Origin: Candidatus Limnocylindria bacterium
GTDB taxonomy: Bacteria > Chloroflexota > Limnocylindria > P2-11E
Assembly: GCA_036564905.1 (NCBI GenBank)
Contig: DATCOD010000064.1
Coordinates: 1-61,175 of the forward strand
Direction of reading: 5' to 3'
Length of the DNA: 61,175 nucleotides
Shown here: positions 1 through 8,720 of the stretch, piece after piece
Layout: each line of letters opens with the position of its first letter
Numbering within the stretch: the first letter of the stretch is position 1
The notes under the pieces: model-generated
What the model saw: the letters and a program-made list of their open reading frames with translations, nothing else
The model's database searches: none
What the model was told of the DNA's origin: nothing
Position numbers and translations under genes: made by a program

Positions 1-1
1 G

Positions 2-445
2 GTCGGGCCGGGCCCGCTCGCCGATGCCCAGGTGTTGAAGGTCACCAAGCAGGCCGCGGTCGGTATCACGACCTCCTTCCCGTGGTCGACCGAGGCCGAC
101 AACGCCGCGAACAAGTCGTTCGTCGATGAGTTCAAGAGGGCGTACAAGGACGACGACACCGGTCAGCCGCTCCCGCCGGACGGATATGCGGTCGAGATGT
201 GGAACACCATGCGCGCCCTCGAGGATGCCCTCACGGCGACGAAGGGCGACACGAAGAACACGAACGCGCTCATCGCCGCGCTCGAGGCGGTGTCGTTCAC
301 TGGTCCGGCCGGTGCCTTCGCCTTCGATCGGACCACGCACAGCGCCATCCAAGACATGTACATCCGAGAGGTGCGGGTGTCCGGTGGCGCTCTCGTGAAC
401 GCCGTCGTCGACAAGATCGGGAGCGTGAAAGACCCGGCGCAGTAG
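2..445 (+). CDS. ABC transporter substrate-binding protein, Leu/Ile/Val-binding (type 1 PBP) family, C-terminal fragment; 5' end lies outside the window
   Basis: The frame is open from the window edge. 'FVDEFKRAYKDD...GYAVEMWNTMRAL...FTGPAGAFAFDRTTHSAIQDMYIREV' is typical of LivK-like binding proteins. Confidence 0.7.
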   Translation, partial: VGPGPLADAQVLKVTKQAAVGITTSFPWSTEADNAANKSFVDEFKRAYKDDDTGQPLPPDGYAVEMWNTMRALEDALTATKGDTKNTNALIAALEAVSFTGPAGAFAFDRTTHSAIQDMYIREVRVSGGALVNAVVDKIGSVKDPAQ

Positions 446-468
446 CGGATAGGCTTGGGTCCGAGAGC

Positions 469-2091
469 ATGCGTGGACGTCGCGTTCTTCCGTCCTTGAG
501 CGCACTTCCGGCCTGGTCGGTGCGGTGGCTACGACCCCTCTCCGTTTCGTCGCAGCTCCTGCTCCTGCAGGTCGCGGTGGTCGCGGCGACGGTGGTCATC
601 GGTGGGTTCGCCTCCTACGCGTTCGTGTCGTCGCAGATCGACGAGCAGTACAAACAGCGCGCGCTCGCGATCGCGTACGCGGTCGCGGCGACGCCCGACA
701 TCGTCGAGGCGATGAGCGACCCCGAACCGTCGAGGACGATCCAGCCGATCGCCGAGGCGATCCGCCGCACCGTTGGCGCCGATTTCGTGGTCGTCGCGAA
801 CAAGGACGGGATCCGCTATTCGCATCCGAACCCGGACAACATCGGCAAGCGCGTCTCCACCGATCCGAGCACGGCGCTGGCCGGCGACGTCTACGTCGGC
901 TACCAGGCGGGCACGCTCGGGCGGTCGCTGCGCGCGAAGGTGCCGATCGTGAGCGGCGGTGACGTCATCGGGATCGTCTCGGTCGGCTTCCTCGATGCGC
1001 AGCTCGCCCAAAAGCTCGGGCAAGCCCTGCCGACGATGACGCTGACCGTGCTCCTCGCGCTCGCCCTCGGGATCGGCGGATCGCTCATCCTCGCGAGGCG
1101 CATCGACCGTCAGACGTTCGGGCTCGGACCGCGCGAGATCGTCGGCCTCCTTGAGCAGCGCGAAGGGATGCTGCACGGCATCCGCGAAGGGGTCCTTGCG
1201 CTCGACCTCGCCGGGCGCGTCACCGTCGCGAACGACGAAGCGCGACGGCTCCTCGGGCTACCGGGTTCCGTCCAGGGAAGCCCATTGCACGACCTCGTTC
1301 CCGAAGGACGGGTGCGCGACGTGCTCGACGGTACGGCCTCGGGTACGGACCAGGTCGTGCTCGCCGGCGGTCGGGTGCTCGTCGCGAACCGCATGCCGGT
1401 CACGGTCCGCGGCGCCCTGGTGGGCGCGGTGGTCACACTTCGCGATCGCACCGAGCTCGAAGGCGTCCTGCGCGAGCTCGACTCTGAACGGGGCCTCGCG
1501 CAAGGGTTGCGCACGCAGGCGCACGAGTTCTCGAACAAGCTGCATGTCGTCGGAGGGCTCATCGAGCTCGGAAGGCTGGACGACGCCGTCCGGTTCGTGG
1601 CCGAGACCTCGCTCCTGCAGCAGGAGCTCATCGATCTCGTTCAGGAGCGCATCGCCGATCCGGCCCTTGCGGCGCTGCTGCTAGCGAAGGCGGCCTCGTC
1701 GTCGGAGCGTCACGTGGACTTTCGGCTCGCGAGCGACGCGCGCCTGCCCGCGCACGTGCCGGACGTCCGCGATCTGATCACCGTTGTCGGGAATCTCGTG
1801 GACAACGCCATCGACGCCGCGTCGGCGTCGGTGAACGGGTGGGTCGAGGTGAGCATGCACGCCGAGCGCGATGGCACATCGGTGCGCGTACGTGACTCGG
1901 GCCCCGGCATCGACGAACGGGTGGGGGAGCTCATCTTCCGCGAGGGATTCACCACCAAGAGCGGCGGGGCGCATTACGGGATCGGGCTCGCGCTCGTCCG
2001 CCAGATCGCCCAGCGTCGCGGAGGCTGGGTACGCGTCGCGAACGATGGTGGTGCCGTCTTCACCGCCTTGATCCCCGGAGCGCCGGCATGA
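469..2091 (+). CDS. Sensor histidine kinase, CitA/DcuS type
   Basis: ATG 469 follows the upstream gene; the track start at 199 only adds an Arg/His-rich overlap. Two TM segments flank a periplasmic sensor ('DGIRYSHPNPDNIGKRVS'). H-box 'QAHEFSNKLHVVGGLIEL'; ATPase motifs 'GNLVDNAIDA', 'DSGPGI', 'GIGLALV'. Confidence 0.85.
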   Translation: MRGRRVLPSLSALPAWSVRWLRPLSVSSQLLLLQVAVVAATVVIGGFASYAFVSSQIDEQYKQRALAIAYAVAATPDIVEAMSDPEPSRTIQPIAEAIRRTVGADFVVVANKDGIRYSHPNPDNIGKRVSTDPSTALAGDVYVGYQAGTLGRSLRAKVPIVSGGDVIGIVSVGFLDAQLAQKLGQALPTMTLTVLLALALGIGGSLILARRIDRQTFGLGPREIVGLLEQREGMLHGIREGVLALDLAGRVTVANDEARRLLGLPGSVQGSPLHDLVPEGRVRDVLDGTASGTDQVVLAGGRVLVANRMPVTVRGALVGAVVTLRDRTELEGVLRELDSERGLAQGLRTQAHEFSNKLHVVGGLIELGRLDDAVRFVAETSLLQQELIDLVQERIADPALAALLLAKAASSSERHVDFRLASDARLPAHVPDVRDLITVVGNLVDNAIDAASASVNGWVEVSMHAERDGTSVRVRDSGPGIDERVGELIFREGFTTKSGGAHYGIGLALVRQIAQRRGGWVRVANDGGAVFTALIPGAPA

Positions 2092-2810
2092 GCGCGACAC
2101 CGACCGCCGGGGCCATCCGCACATTGATCGTCGAGGACGACTTCCGGGTCGCCGAGATCCATCGGGGGTTCATCGAGCGCTTGCCATCCTTCGTCGTCGT
2201 CGGCGTTGTCCACACCGCGCACGATGCGCTCGCCCAGGCGGAGGCCGAGCGGCCGGACCTCGTCCTCCTGGACATCTATCTTCCCGACCGTTCGGGGCTC
2301 GAGGTGCTGCGCGAGCTCCACGCCACGGGGCGGCCGTCGGTGGATGTCATCGCGATCACCGCGGCGAATGACGTCGAGACGCTCCGGTCCGCCCTGCAGG
2401 GCGGCGTCATCCACTACCTCGTGAAGCCCTTTCAGTTCAATGCCTTCCGCGAAAAGCTCGAGAGCTACGCCGCGTTGCGCTCCCGGCTTCGCCAGGTGCG
2501 AGAGGTCGACCAGGACGAGATCGACGAGGTGCTCGCGACGTTGCGCACCGGCTCATCGTCGCCGGCGCTCCCGAAGGGACTCTCGCCGGCGACCCTCGCC
2601 CTCGTCGCGCGGACGTTGCGCGACATCCCGGACGACCTCTCGGCCGAGGAGGTCGCCGCGCGCACCGGGGTGAGTCGGGTCACATCGCGGCGGTACCTGG
2701 ATCGCCTCGCGCGATCCGGGGTCGTCGAGATCACCATGCGGTACGGCAAGACCGGTCGTCCCGAGCACCGCTATCGCTGGGCCCGCCCCGTCGCCGAAGG
2801 GACCCGCTGA
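2088..2810 (+). CDS. Response regulator, CitB/DcuR type
   Basis: ATGA overlap with the kinase stop. Receiver 'LIVEDDFRV...DLVLLDIYLPDRSG...YLVKPF' plus C-terminal HTH 'LSAEEVAARTGVSRVTSRRYLDRL'. Confidence 0.85.
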   Translation: MSATPTAGAIRTLIVEDDFRVAEIHRGFIERLPSFVVVGVVHTAHDALAQAEAERPDLVLLDIYLPDRSGLEVLRELHATGRPSVDVIAITAANDVETLRSALQGGVIHYLVKPFQFNAFREKLESYAALRSRLRQVREVDQDEIDEVLATLRTGSSSPALPKGLSPATLALVARTLRDIPDDLSAEEVAARTGVSRVTSRRYLDRLARSGVVEITMRYGKTGRPEHRYRWARPVAEGTR

Positions 2811-2830
2811 CCCGCTGACCCGCTGACCTG
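2802..2830. repeat. 8-bp tandem repeat ACCCGCTG x3 plus a degenerate unit
   Basis: Read directly: g ACCCGCTG ACCCGCTG ACCCGCTG ACCTG. This places TGA at 2808, 2816 and 2824, one in each frame. Confidence 0.9.
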
Positions 2831-2946
2831 GGGCCGGTCCGGTGCGATCGACAGAATAGGTAAGTCGTAACTCTGTTCAGTGACCTCGACGGCAACGTGA
2901 TCGGGCTGACGGACGGGAAATAGATCCCGTAGTAGCGTGAGACCGA

Positions 2947-3540
2947 GTGGTCTCGCCTGAGCAGTTCCCCGATCCCGTCATCGATGCGACGGCCGCGAGC
3001 GGCGAGCAGGTCGCCGTCCTCGCAGGCGGATGCTTCTGGTGCGTCGAGGCGGTCTACCTGCAGCTTGAGGGCGTGCGCTCGGTGAAGTCCGGATACGCCG
3101 GCGGCACCGCGGACACCGCGGACTACGAGACGGTCTGCTCCGGAAGGACCGGTCACGCGGAGGCGGTCGAGATCCGGTACGACCCGATCAGGCTCAGCTA
3201 CGGGAAGCTGCTCAAGGTGTTCTTCTCGATCGCGCACGATCCGACGACCCGTGACCGTCAGGGCGCGGACGTCGGGCGGCAGTACCGCTCCGCGATCTTC
3301 TACGCGAACGACGAGCAGCAGCGGATCGCCGAGGCGTACATCGCGCAGCTCGGCGCGGCGAAGCTCTTCGACCGCCCGATCGTGACCGAGGTCACGCCGC
3401 TCGAGCGCTTCTACGAAGCGGAGGCGTATCACCAGAACTACGCGGCGCGGAACCCGGGTCAGCCGTACATCGCGTACAACGCGCTGCCCAAGGTGAACAA
3501 GGTCCGCACCTACTACGCGGACCAGCTCAAGCGCGGCTAG
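2947..3540 (+). CDS. msrA: Peptide methionine (S)-S-oxide reductase
   Basis: GTG start. 'GGCFWCVEAVY' active-site motif, 'GHAEAVEIRYDP', 'YHQNY'. Confidence 0.9.
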   Translation: MVSPEQFPDPVIDATAASGEQVAVLAGGCFWCVEAVYLQLEGVRSVKSGYAGGTADTADYETVCSGRTGHAEAVEIRYDPIRLSYGKLLKVFFSIAHDPTTRDRQGADVGRQYRSAIFYANDEQQRIAEAYIAQLGAAKLFDRPIVTEVTPLERFYEAEAYHQNYAARNPGQPYIAYNALPKVNKVRTYYADQLKRG

Positions 3541-3563
3541 ATCGCGCCCTAGGCTCGCCACCG

Positions 3564-4691
3564 GTGGAGGGAGCGCGGACGCCATCCCGGGGCGAGGTCT
3601 TCCGCTACTTCTTCGGGCTCGGCTTCGTCAACATCGGCGGTCCGGTCGCGCAGATCACGATGCTGTTCCAGGGGATCGTCGAGCGCCGGCGCTGGCTCGA
3701 TCGGGATCGGTTCGTCCGGATCATGGGCGTGTGCCACGTGCTGCCGGGGCCGGAGGCACTGCAGCTCGCGATCTACGTCGGGTACCTCACCGGGCGCACG
3801 GTCGGCGGGATCATCGCCGGCCTCACCTTCATCCTCCCCGGAGCGGTCGTGATGACCGTCCTGGCCTGGGGCTACGTCGCGTACGGCGCGCTGCCCGCGG
3901 TGAACGACGTCCTCGACGTGCTCAAGCCGGCCGTCCTCGGGATCATCGCCGCCGGCCTGGTGAAGATCGGCCGCGCCGCGCTCACCGACGCGCGGCTCAT
4001 CGCGATCTCCGGGTTCGCGTTCCTGCTGTTGGCGCTCGCGCGGGTCGACCTGCTGATCGTGATGGCCCTCGCCGGCCTCGCGAACGTGGCGTCGCGCCGC
4101 ACACTCCGCGCGCCGCCGGCGGTCTTCGCGCTGGCACCGCTCGTCGCGCTCACCCCGGCCGGCTGGCTCGACTTCATCTGGGTCTTCCTGAAGACCGGCC
4201 TGTTCAGCTTCGGGGGCGCGTACGGCTCGATCGCGTTCCTCCAGCAGGGCGCGGTGGCCGAGCACGGCTGGCTGACGGCTTCGCAGCTCCTCGACGGCGT
4301 CGCGCTCAGCGTCGCGACCCCGGGGCCGTTCATGCTGTTCGCCACGTTCGCCGGCTACCTCGCCGCGGGAGTGCCCGGGGCCGCCATCGCCACGGTCGCG
4401 GTGTTCCTGCCCTCGTTCGTCCTGGTCCTCGGGTTCGCCCGGTGGATCGAGCGCGCGCTCGAGCGGCCCGCGTTCCGCGAGGCGATCTCCGGCATCTCGG
4501 CGGCGGTCGTGGCCGTGATCCTCACGGTGACGATCGCCCTGGCGCCGGCCGCGGTCACCGGACCGTTGAGCGTCGCCGTCGTCGCCGCGAGCTTTACGGC
4601 GGTGACGTTCTTGAAACGGGACGTCGCGCAGGTCGCCGCTGCGGCGATGGTCGCGGGGCTGGTGTTCGCGCTCGCGCGAGCCCTCTCCTGA
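3564..4691 (+). CDS. chrA: Chromate ion transporter (CHR family), duplicated-domain form
   Basis: 'NIGGPVAQITM', 'LPGPEALQLAIYVGY' in the first half; 'FSFGGAYGSIAFL', 'ATPGPFMLFATFAGY' in the second half. Polytopic membrane protein. Confidence 0.85.
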   Translation: MEGARTPSRGEVFRYFFGLGFVNIGGPVAQITMLFQGIVERRRWLDRDRFVRIMGVCHVLPGPEALQLAIYVGYLTGRTVGGIIAGLTFILPGAVVMTVLAWGYVAYGALPAVNDVLDVLKPAVLGIIAAGLVKIGRAALTDARLIAISGFAFLLLALARVDLLIVMALAGLANVASRRTLRAPPAVFALAPLVALTPAGWLDFIWVFLKTGLFSFGGAYGSIAFLQQGAVAEHGWLTASQLLDGVALSVATPGPFMLFATFAGYLAAGVPGAAIATVAVFLPSFVLVLGFARWIERALERPAFREAISGISAAVVAVILTVTIALAPAAVTGPLSVAVVAASFTAVTFLKRDVAQVAAAAMVAGLVFALARALS

Positions 4692-4704
4692 TCGCCGCGC
4701 AGGT

Positions 4705-6732
4705 TCACGCTGGCCGCGCCCGCGCGACCGGTCGAGCGATGAGCCGCTGCGACGCGACGGCGATGCCGAAGAGCGCGAGGCCCGCGATGTCGGCGATCGC
4801 GCCTGGCGCGAGCAGCAGCAGGCCCGCGGCGACGAGGAGGACCCGCTCGATGAGCGTCGTCGGCTTCAACAGGTAGCCGCCGATCCCTGAGACGATCGCG
4901 ATGATGCCGGCGATGGCCGACACCGACGCGACGACCGCACCGACGATGGTCGTGTCGCGCCACAGCAGCGCGAGGCCGCCCGGCTGGGTGAACATGAACG
5001 GCACCAGGAAGCACGGCAGCGCGTACTTCCAGGTGAGCATCATCGTCTTGTATGGGTTGCCGCCGGTGATGGCGGCCGCGGCGAACGGCGAGAGCGCGAC
5101 GGGCGGGGAGACCTCGCTGAGGACGGCGTAGTAGAAGACGAACATGTGCGCGGCCGGCGGCGCCACTCCGAGCGCGACGAGCGCCGGGATCACGGTCGGG
5201 ACAGCGACCAGGTACGTCGCCGTGATCGGGAGCGAGAGCCCGAGGATCCAGAGGACGACGCCCGCGACGATGAGCGTGAGCACGAGGTTGCCGAAGCCAA
5301 GGCTGAGGATGAGGCTCGAGATCTTCAGGCCGAGGCCGGTCTGGAGCAGGATGCCGACGGTGATCCCGGCCACCGCGGTCGTGGCGGTGACCGTCAGGAC
5401 CTGGCGGGTGCCGCTGGCGAGCGCGGCCACCAGCTTGGACACGGAGAGCGCCGTCTCGCGCCGGATGTAGGAGACCGCGATCGCGAGAAGGATCGACCAG
5501 AAGATCGCGGTGACGGTGCTGAACCCGAGGAGCAGGAACACGATGATCGCGAACAGCGACGTGTACTGGTACCAGTAACGGAACGTGAGCTGCCAGAAGC
5601 CCGGGGCGTCGAGCTGGATCGCCTTGGCACCGAGTCGTCGGGCGTCGATCTCGATCATCAGCAGGATGCCGAGGTAGAAAAGGATGGTCGGCATCATCGC
5701 CATGATCACGATGTCGAGGTAGCTGACCCGGAGGATCTCGGCCATGATGAACGCCGCCGGCCCGAGGACCGGCGGCGAGATGACCGCGCCGATGCCCCCC
5801 GCCGACAGGATCGCTCCCGACGACTCCCGATCGTGACCCGCTTTCTTCAGCATCGGATACGTGATCGAGCCGAGCGTCACCGTGGTGGCCACGCCGGAGC
5901 CCGAGACGGTCCCGAGAAGGAACGACGCGAGCGTCACCGTGCGCCCGGCGCCCGTCGGCTTGCGTCCGGTGAGCGCGAACGCCAGGTCGACGTAGAACTT
6001 CCCGGCGCCGGTGTAATCGAGGATGGCCCCGTAGATCGTGAACAGGATGATGAACGTGGCCGCCACCTGGAGCGGCGTCCCGAGCATCCCGTCGAGGCCG
6101 AGGTACTGGTTCCCGATGATCGAGTCGAGGTCCTTGGGCGGGCCGCGGAACGGTCCGGGCATGAAGTCCGCGAAGTACGCGTACGCGATCGACACGATGC
6201 CGAGCACCGGCAGGTGCCAGCCGATCGTCCGGCGAGCGGCTTCCATCACCAGGAGGATCGCGAGCGTGCCGAAGGCGATGTCGATCGGCGTCGGGGTGTT
6301 GATCCGGTAGATGACCTGGTCGAAGTCGACGAACACGTACGCGGTGATCGCGACCGCGGCGATCGCGAGCGCCACATCGGTCGGGTGCACCCGCGACAGC
6401 CAGCGATGGCCGGCCGGGTAGACCAGGAACGTGAGCACCAGCGTCGCAGAGAGGAACAGCATCACGTAGATCTGCGGCGTCGTGAGGGTCTGGCCGAGGA
6501 TCCGGACGTCGGGTACGAGCACGAAGTCCGTGCCCGGGATGTCCGCGCCGGCGGCCGCGTAGTACAGCGCGAAGAGGGTCGTGGCGACCGAGAGGATCGT
6601 GACCGCTCGACCCCACGCCCCGGTCAGCGTGCGGGTCTTCGATTCGTTCTCGAACTCCTCGATGATCTCGCGGTTCTTGTCGTCCGTGAGGACCTGGTCC
6701 AGGTCCGGTCGCGCGACGATCTCGTCGGTCAT
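4705..6732 (-). CDS. TRAP transporter fused permease (TAXI-type, 4TM/12TM fusion)
   Basis: 675-aa polytopic protein. The N-terminus 'DKNREIIEEFENESKTRTLTG' followed by many TM segments is characteristic of TAXI-associated TRAP permeases. It is co-oriented with DUF1850 and a TAXI receptor. Confidence 0.9.
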   Translation of the reverse strand: MTDEIVARPDLDQVLTDDKNREIIEEFENESKTRTLTGAWGRAVTILSVATTLFALYYAAAGADIPGTDFVLVPDVRILGQTLTTPQIYVMLFLSATLVLTFLVYPAGHRWLSRVHPTDVALAIAAVAITAYVFVDFDQVIYRINTPTPIDIAFGTLAILLVMEAARRTIGWHLPVLGIVSIAYAYFADFMPGPFRGPPKDLDSIIGNQYLGLDGMLGTPLQVAATFIILFTIYGAILDYTGAGKFYVDLAFALTGRKPTGAGRTVTLASFLLGTVSGSGVATTVTLGSITYPMLKKAGHDRESSGAILSAGGIGAVISPPVLGPAAFIMAEILRVSYLDIVIMAMMPTILFYLGILLMIEIDARRLGAKAIQLDAPGFWQLTFRYWYQYTSLFAIIVFLLLGFSTVTAIFWSILLAIAVSYIRRETALSVSKLVAALASGTRQVLTVTATTAVAGITVGILLQTGLGLKISSLILSLGFGNLVLTLIVAGVVLWILGLSLPITATYLVAVPTVIPALVALGVAPPAAHMFVFYYAVLSEVSPPVALSPFAAAAITGGNPYKTMMLTWKYALPCFLVPFMFTQPGGLALLWRDTTIVGAVVASVSAIAGIIAIVSGIGGYLLKPTTLIERVLLVAAGLLLLAPGAIADIAGLALFGIAVASQRLIARPVARARPA

Positions 6733-7205
6733 CGCGCCGTCAGGATGGCCAGGAGTCGCGGCACCGTGGTCGGACGGACGGTGACCCGCACCTCATCCCC
6801 GAACCGCGCCGTCAGCTGGACGCTCGAGCCGCCGGCCGAGATGCGCTGGTCATAGGGCGCCGTCGTCCGGATCACGAGCTGCGTCACCTCATACCGCGGA
6901 GCTTCCTCGACGTACCAGCCGCCCTCGCTCCGGATGTCGCCGTCCCAGCGGAAGTATTCCACGGCCCGGCGATCGGTCGATCGCACTCTGAGGAGCCGGA
7001 CCGCGTCACCGTGGCGCATGAGGTCCTCGACGACCGGCGCGTTGTAGATCGATTGGACGTAGCTCGACGTGAATGGCTCACCGTCGGCGAGCGGAAGCGC
7101 GACCGAGGCATCCGCCGACCCGACGGCGAGGACGGGGACGGGGGCGGCGAGCGCCGCCCCCGTCAGGATCAGGACGAAGAGGAGCGGGGCGAGGAGCGCC
7201 CGCAC
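6729..7205 (-). CDS. DUF1850 domain protein (TAXI-TRAP accessory)
   Basis: Signal/TM N-terminus. 'SYVQSIYNAPVVEDL...EYFRWDG' resembles DUF1850. 4-nt overlap with the permease start. Confidence 0.7.
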   Translation of the reverse strand: MRALLAPLLFVLILTGAALAAPVPVLAVGSADASVALPLADGEPFTSSYVQSIYNAPVVEDLMRHGDAVRLLRVRSTDRRAVEYFRWDGDIRSEGGWYVEEAPRYEVTQLVIRTTAPYDQRISAGGSSVQLTARFGDEVRVTVRPTTVPRLLAILTAR

Positions 7206-7206
7206 G

Positions 7207-8223
7207 TCACTTGTTCCACGCGCCCTTCGACTTGTAGAAGTCGATCGCGCCGGGATGGAAGTCGATCGGCGAGCCGACCGTGGCCGACGCCAGGGTCAGA
7301 TCCTTGGCTTCCGGCCGCACCGCTTCGAGGTCGGCCTTGTTGTCGAAGATCGTCTGGAGGATCGCCCGGGCGAGGGCCGGATCCATCGTCGTCGGCACCA
7401 CCAGGACGTTCGCCACGCCGGCGCTCACGCTCGCGCCGACGTCCTTGTACGCGCCGGCCGCGATGTTCGCGGCGAAGTAGAACGGTCCGTACTTGGCCGC
7501 AAGCTTGGTGACGGTGTCGGCCTGGTCCAGAAGCTTGATCTTCACGCTGTTGGCCAGATCGGTGATCTGCGGTGTCGGCAAGCCGCCGCTCCAGAAGAAC
7601 GCGTCCAGCTTTCCGTCATGGAGCCCACTGGCGGAGTCGGCGACGCCGAGGCGCTCGCGCTGGATGTCCTTCGCCGGATCCAGGCCGTTGACGTCCAAGA
7701 TCCGGTTCGCGATGACCTCGGTGCCCGAGTTGGCGGCCCCGACGGAGACGCGCTTGCCCTTGAGGTCGGCGATCGTGTTGATCCCCGCGCCGTCCTTCAC
7801 CACGATGTGGGTGAAGTTCGTGTAGAGAACGGCCAGCGCCTTCGCGTCGGCCGGCTTGCCGCTGAACTGGGCATTCCCCTTGACGGCGTCGTACGCGGTG
7901 TCCGAGAGGCTGAACGCGAGGTCTGCTTTGCCGTCCCGGATGAGCTGCATGTTCGCCACGGACGCCGCGGTCGATTCCGCGCTGGCGGCGACCTTCAGCT
8001 TCTTCGTCAGGAGATCCGCGAGGGCCGCTCCGTAGAGGATGTACACGCCACCGGTGCCGCCGGTGACCACGTTCAGGGTCTTCCCGGTGAAGTCGGGTGC
8101 GTTCGTTGTGGTGGCCGACGCGGCCGGCGCGGTCGTGGACGAGGACGTCGCGCGCGGGGCGGCGCACGCTGCGCTGATGAGCAGGGCCGCCATCGCGATA
8201 GAGACGATCCGAGCGCGCTTCAT
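7207..8223 (-). CDS. TAXI-family TRAP transporter solute receptor (lipoprotein-like signal)
   Basis: 'LNVVTGGTGGVYILYGAALADLL', 'RVSVGAANSGTEV', 'DAFFWSGGLPT' are typical TAXI motifs. N-terminal 'LLISAAC' signal. Confidence 0.9.
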   Translation of the reverse strand: MKRARIVSIAMAALLISAACAAPRATSSSTTAPAASATTTNAPDFTGKTLNVVTGGTGGVYILYGAALADLLTKKLKVAASAESTAASVANMQLIRDGKADLAFSLSDTAYDAVKGNAQFSGKPADAKALAVLYTNFTHIVVKDGAGINTIADLKGKRVSVGAANSGTEVIANRILDVNGLDPAKDIQRERLGVADSASGLHDGKLDAFFWSGGLPTPQITDLANSVKIKLLDQADTVTKLAAKYGPFYFAANIAAGAYKDVGASVSAGVANVLVVPTTMDPALARAILQTIFDNKADLEAVRPEAKDLTLASATVGSPIDFHPGAIDFYKSKGAWNK

Positions 8224-8255
8224 CTGTACCCTCCCGTGCCGATCTGCGTGCGATG

Positions 8256-8720
8256 TTAGCGCTGGCGGCGGCGCGCGCGTCTTACCTTCGCCGCGGCCAT
8301 CCGGCGCTTCTCCTCGTCGGTCTCCGCGATCACCGGCGGGATCGGGGCGGCCTTGCCGTGCTCGTCGATCGCGACGAACACGAGGTACGCCGAGGAAACG
8401 TGGACGACCTTGCCGGTGAGGAGGTCCTCGGCCTCGACACGGACCCCGACCTCCATGCTCTTCGTGCCCACGTCGTTCACCGACGCGCGGGCGGTGACCA
8501 GATTGCCGACGTAGACCGGCGCGACGAACGAGAGCTCATCGACGCGCGCGGTCACAACGCGCTGGCGGGCGTGGCGCCCGGCCGCGGCGCCGCCGCACTC
8601 GTCGATGAGCCGCATGATCTCGCCGCCATGCACGTTGCCCGAGGGGTTCGCATCGCTCGGCAGCATCGACTTCGAGAAGACCGTCTTGGATGCGGAGACG
8701 GGTTTCGGAGCGAGCGTCAT
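8256..8720 (-). CDS. Acyl-CoA thioesterase (YciA/BFIT hotdog family)
   Basis: The ATG at 8720 gives 154 aa. 'PSDANPSGNVHGGEIMRLIDECGG', 'VDELSFVAPVYVGNLV'. ATGA overlap with the upstream gene's stop. Confidence 0.85.
   Translation of the reverse strand: MTLAPKPVSASKTVFSKSMLPSDANPSGNVHGGEIMRLIDECGGAAAGRHARQRVVTARVDELSFVAPVYVGNLVTARASVNDVGTKSMEVGVRVEAEDLLTGKVVHVSSAYLVFVAIDEHGKAAPIPPVIAETDEEKRRMAAAKVRRARRRQR

Noticed and set aside
4355-6616. Very long alternative-frame and antisense ORFs throughout the window. Examples: 4355-6616 (753 aa), 5146-6855, 10157-11980, 12483-14177, 14753-16036, 18184-19602, 24178-25524, 28000-29694, 29986-31407, 36235-37593, 42206-43510, 45911-47239, 48620-50068, 54621-56078.
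   Set aside because: Their translations are Arg/Pro/Gly/Asp/His-rich low-complexity strings with no family motifs. Each one shadows an ORF on another frame or strand that has clear family signatures. This is the usual artefact of stop-codon-poor, high-GC DNA.
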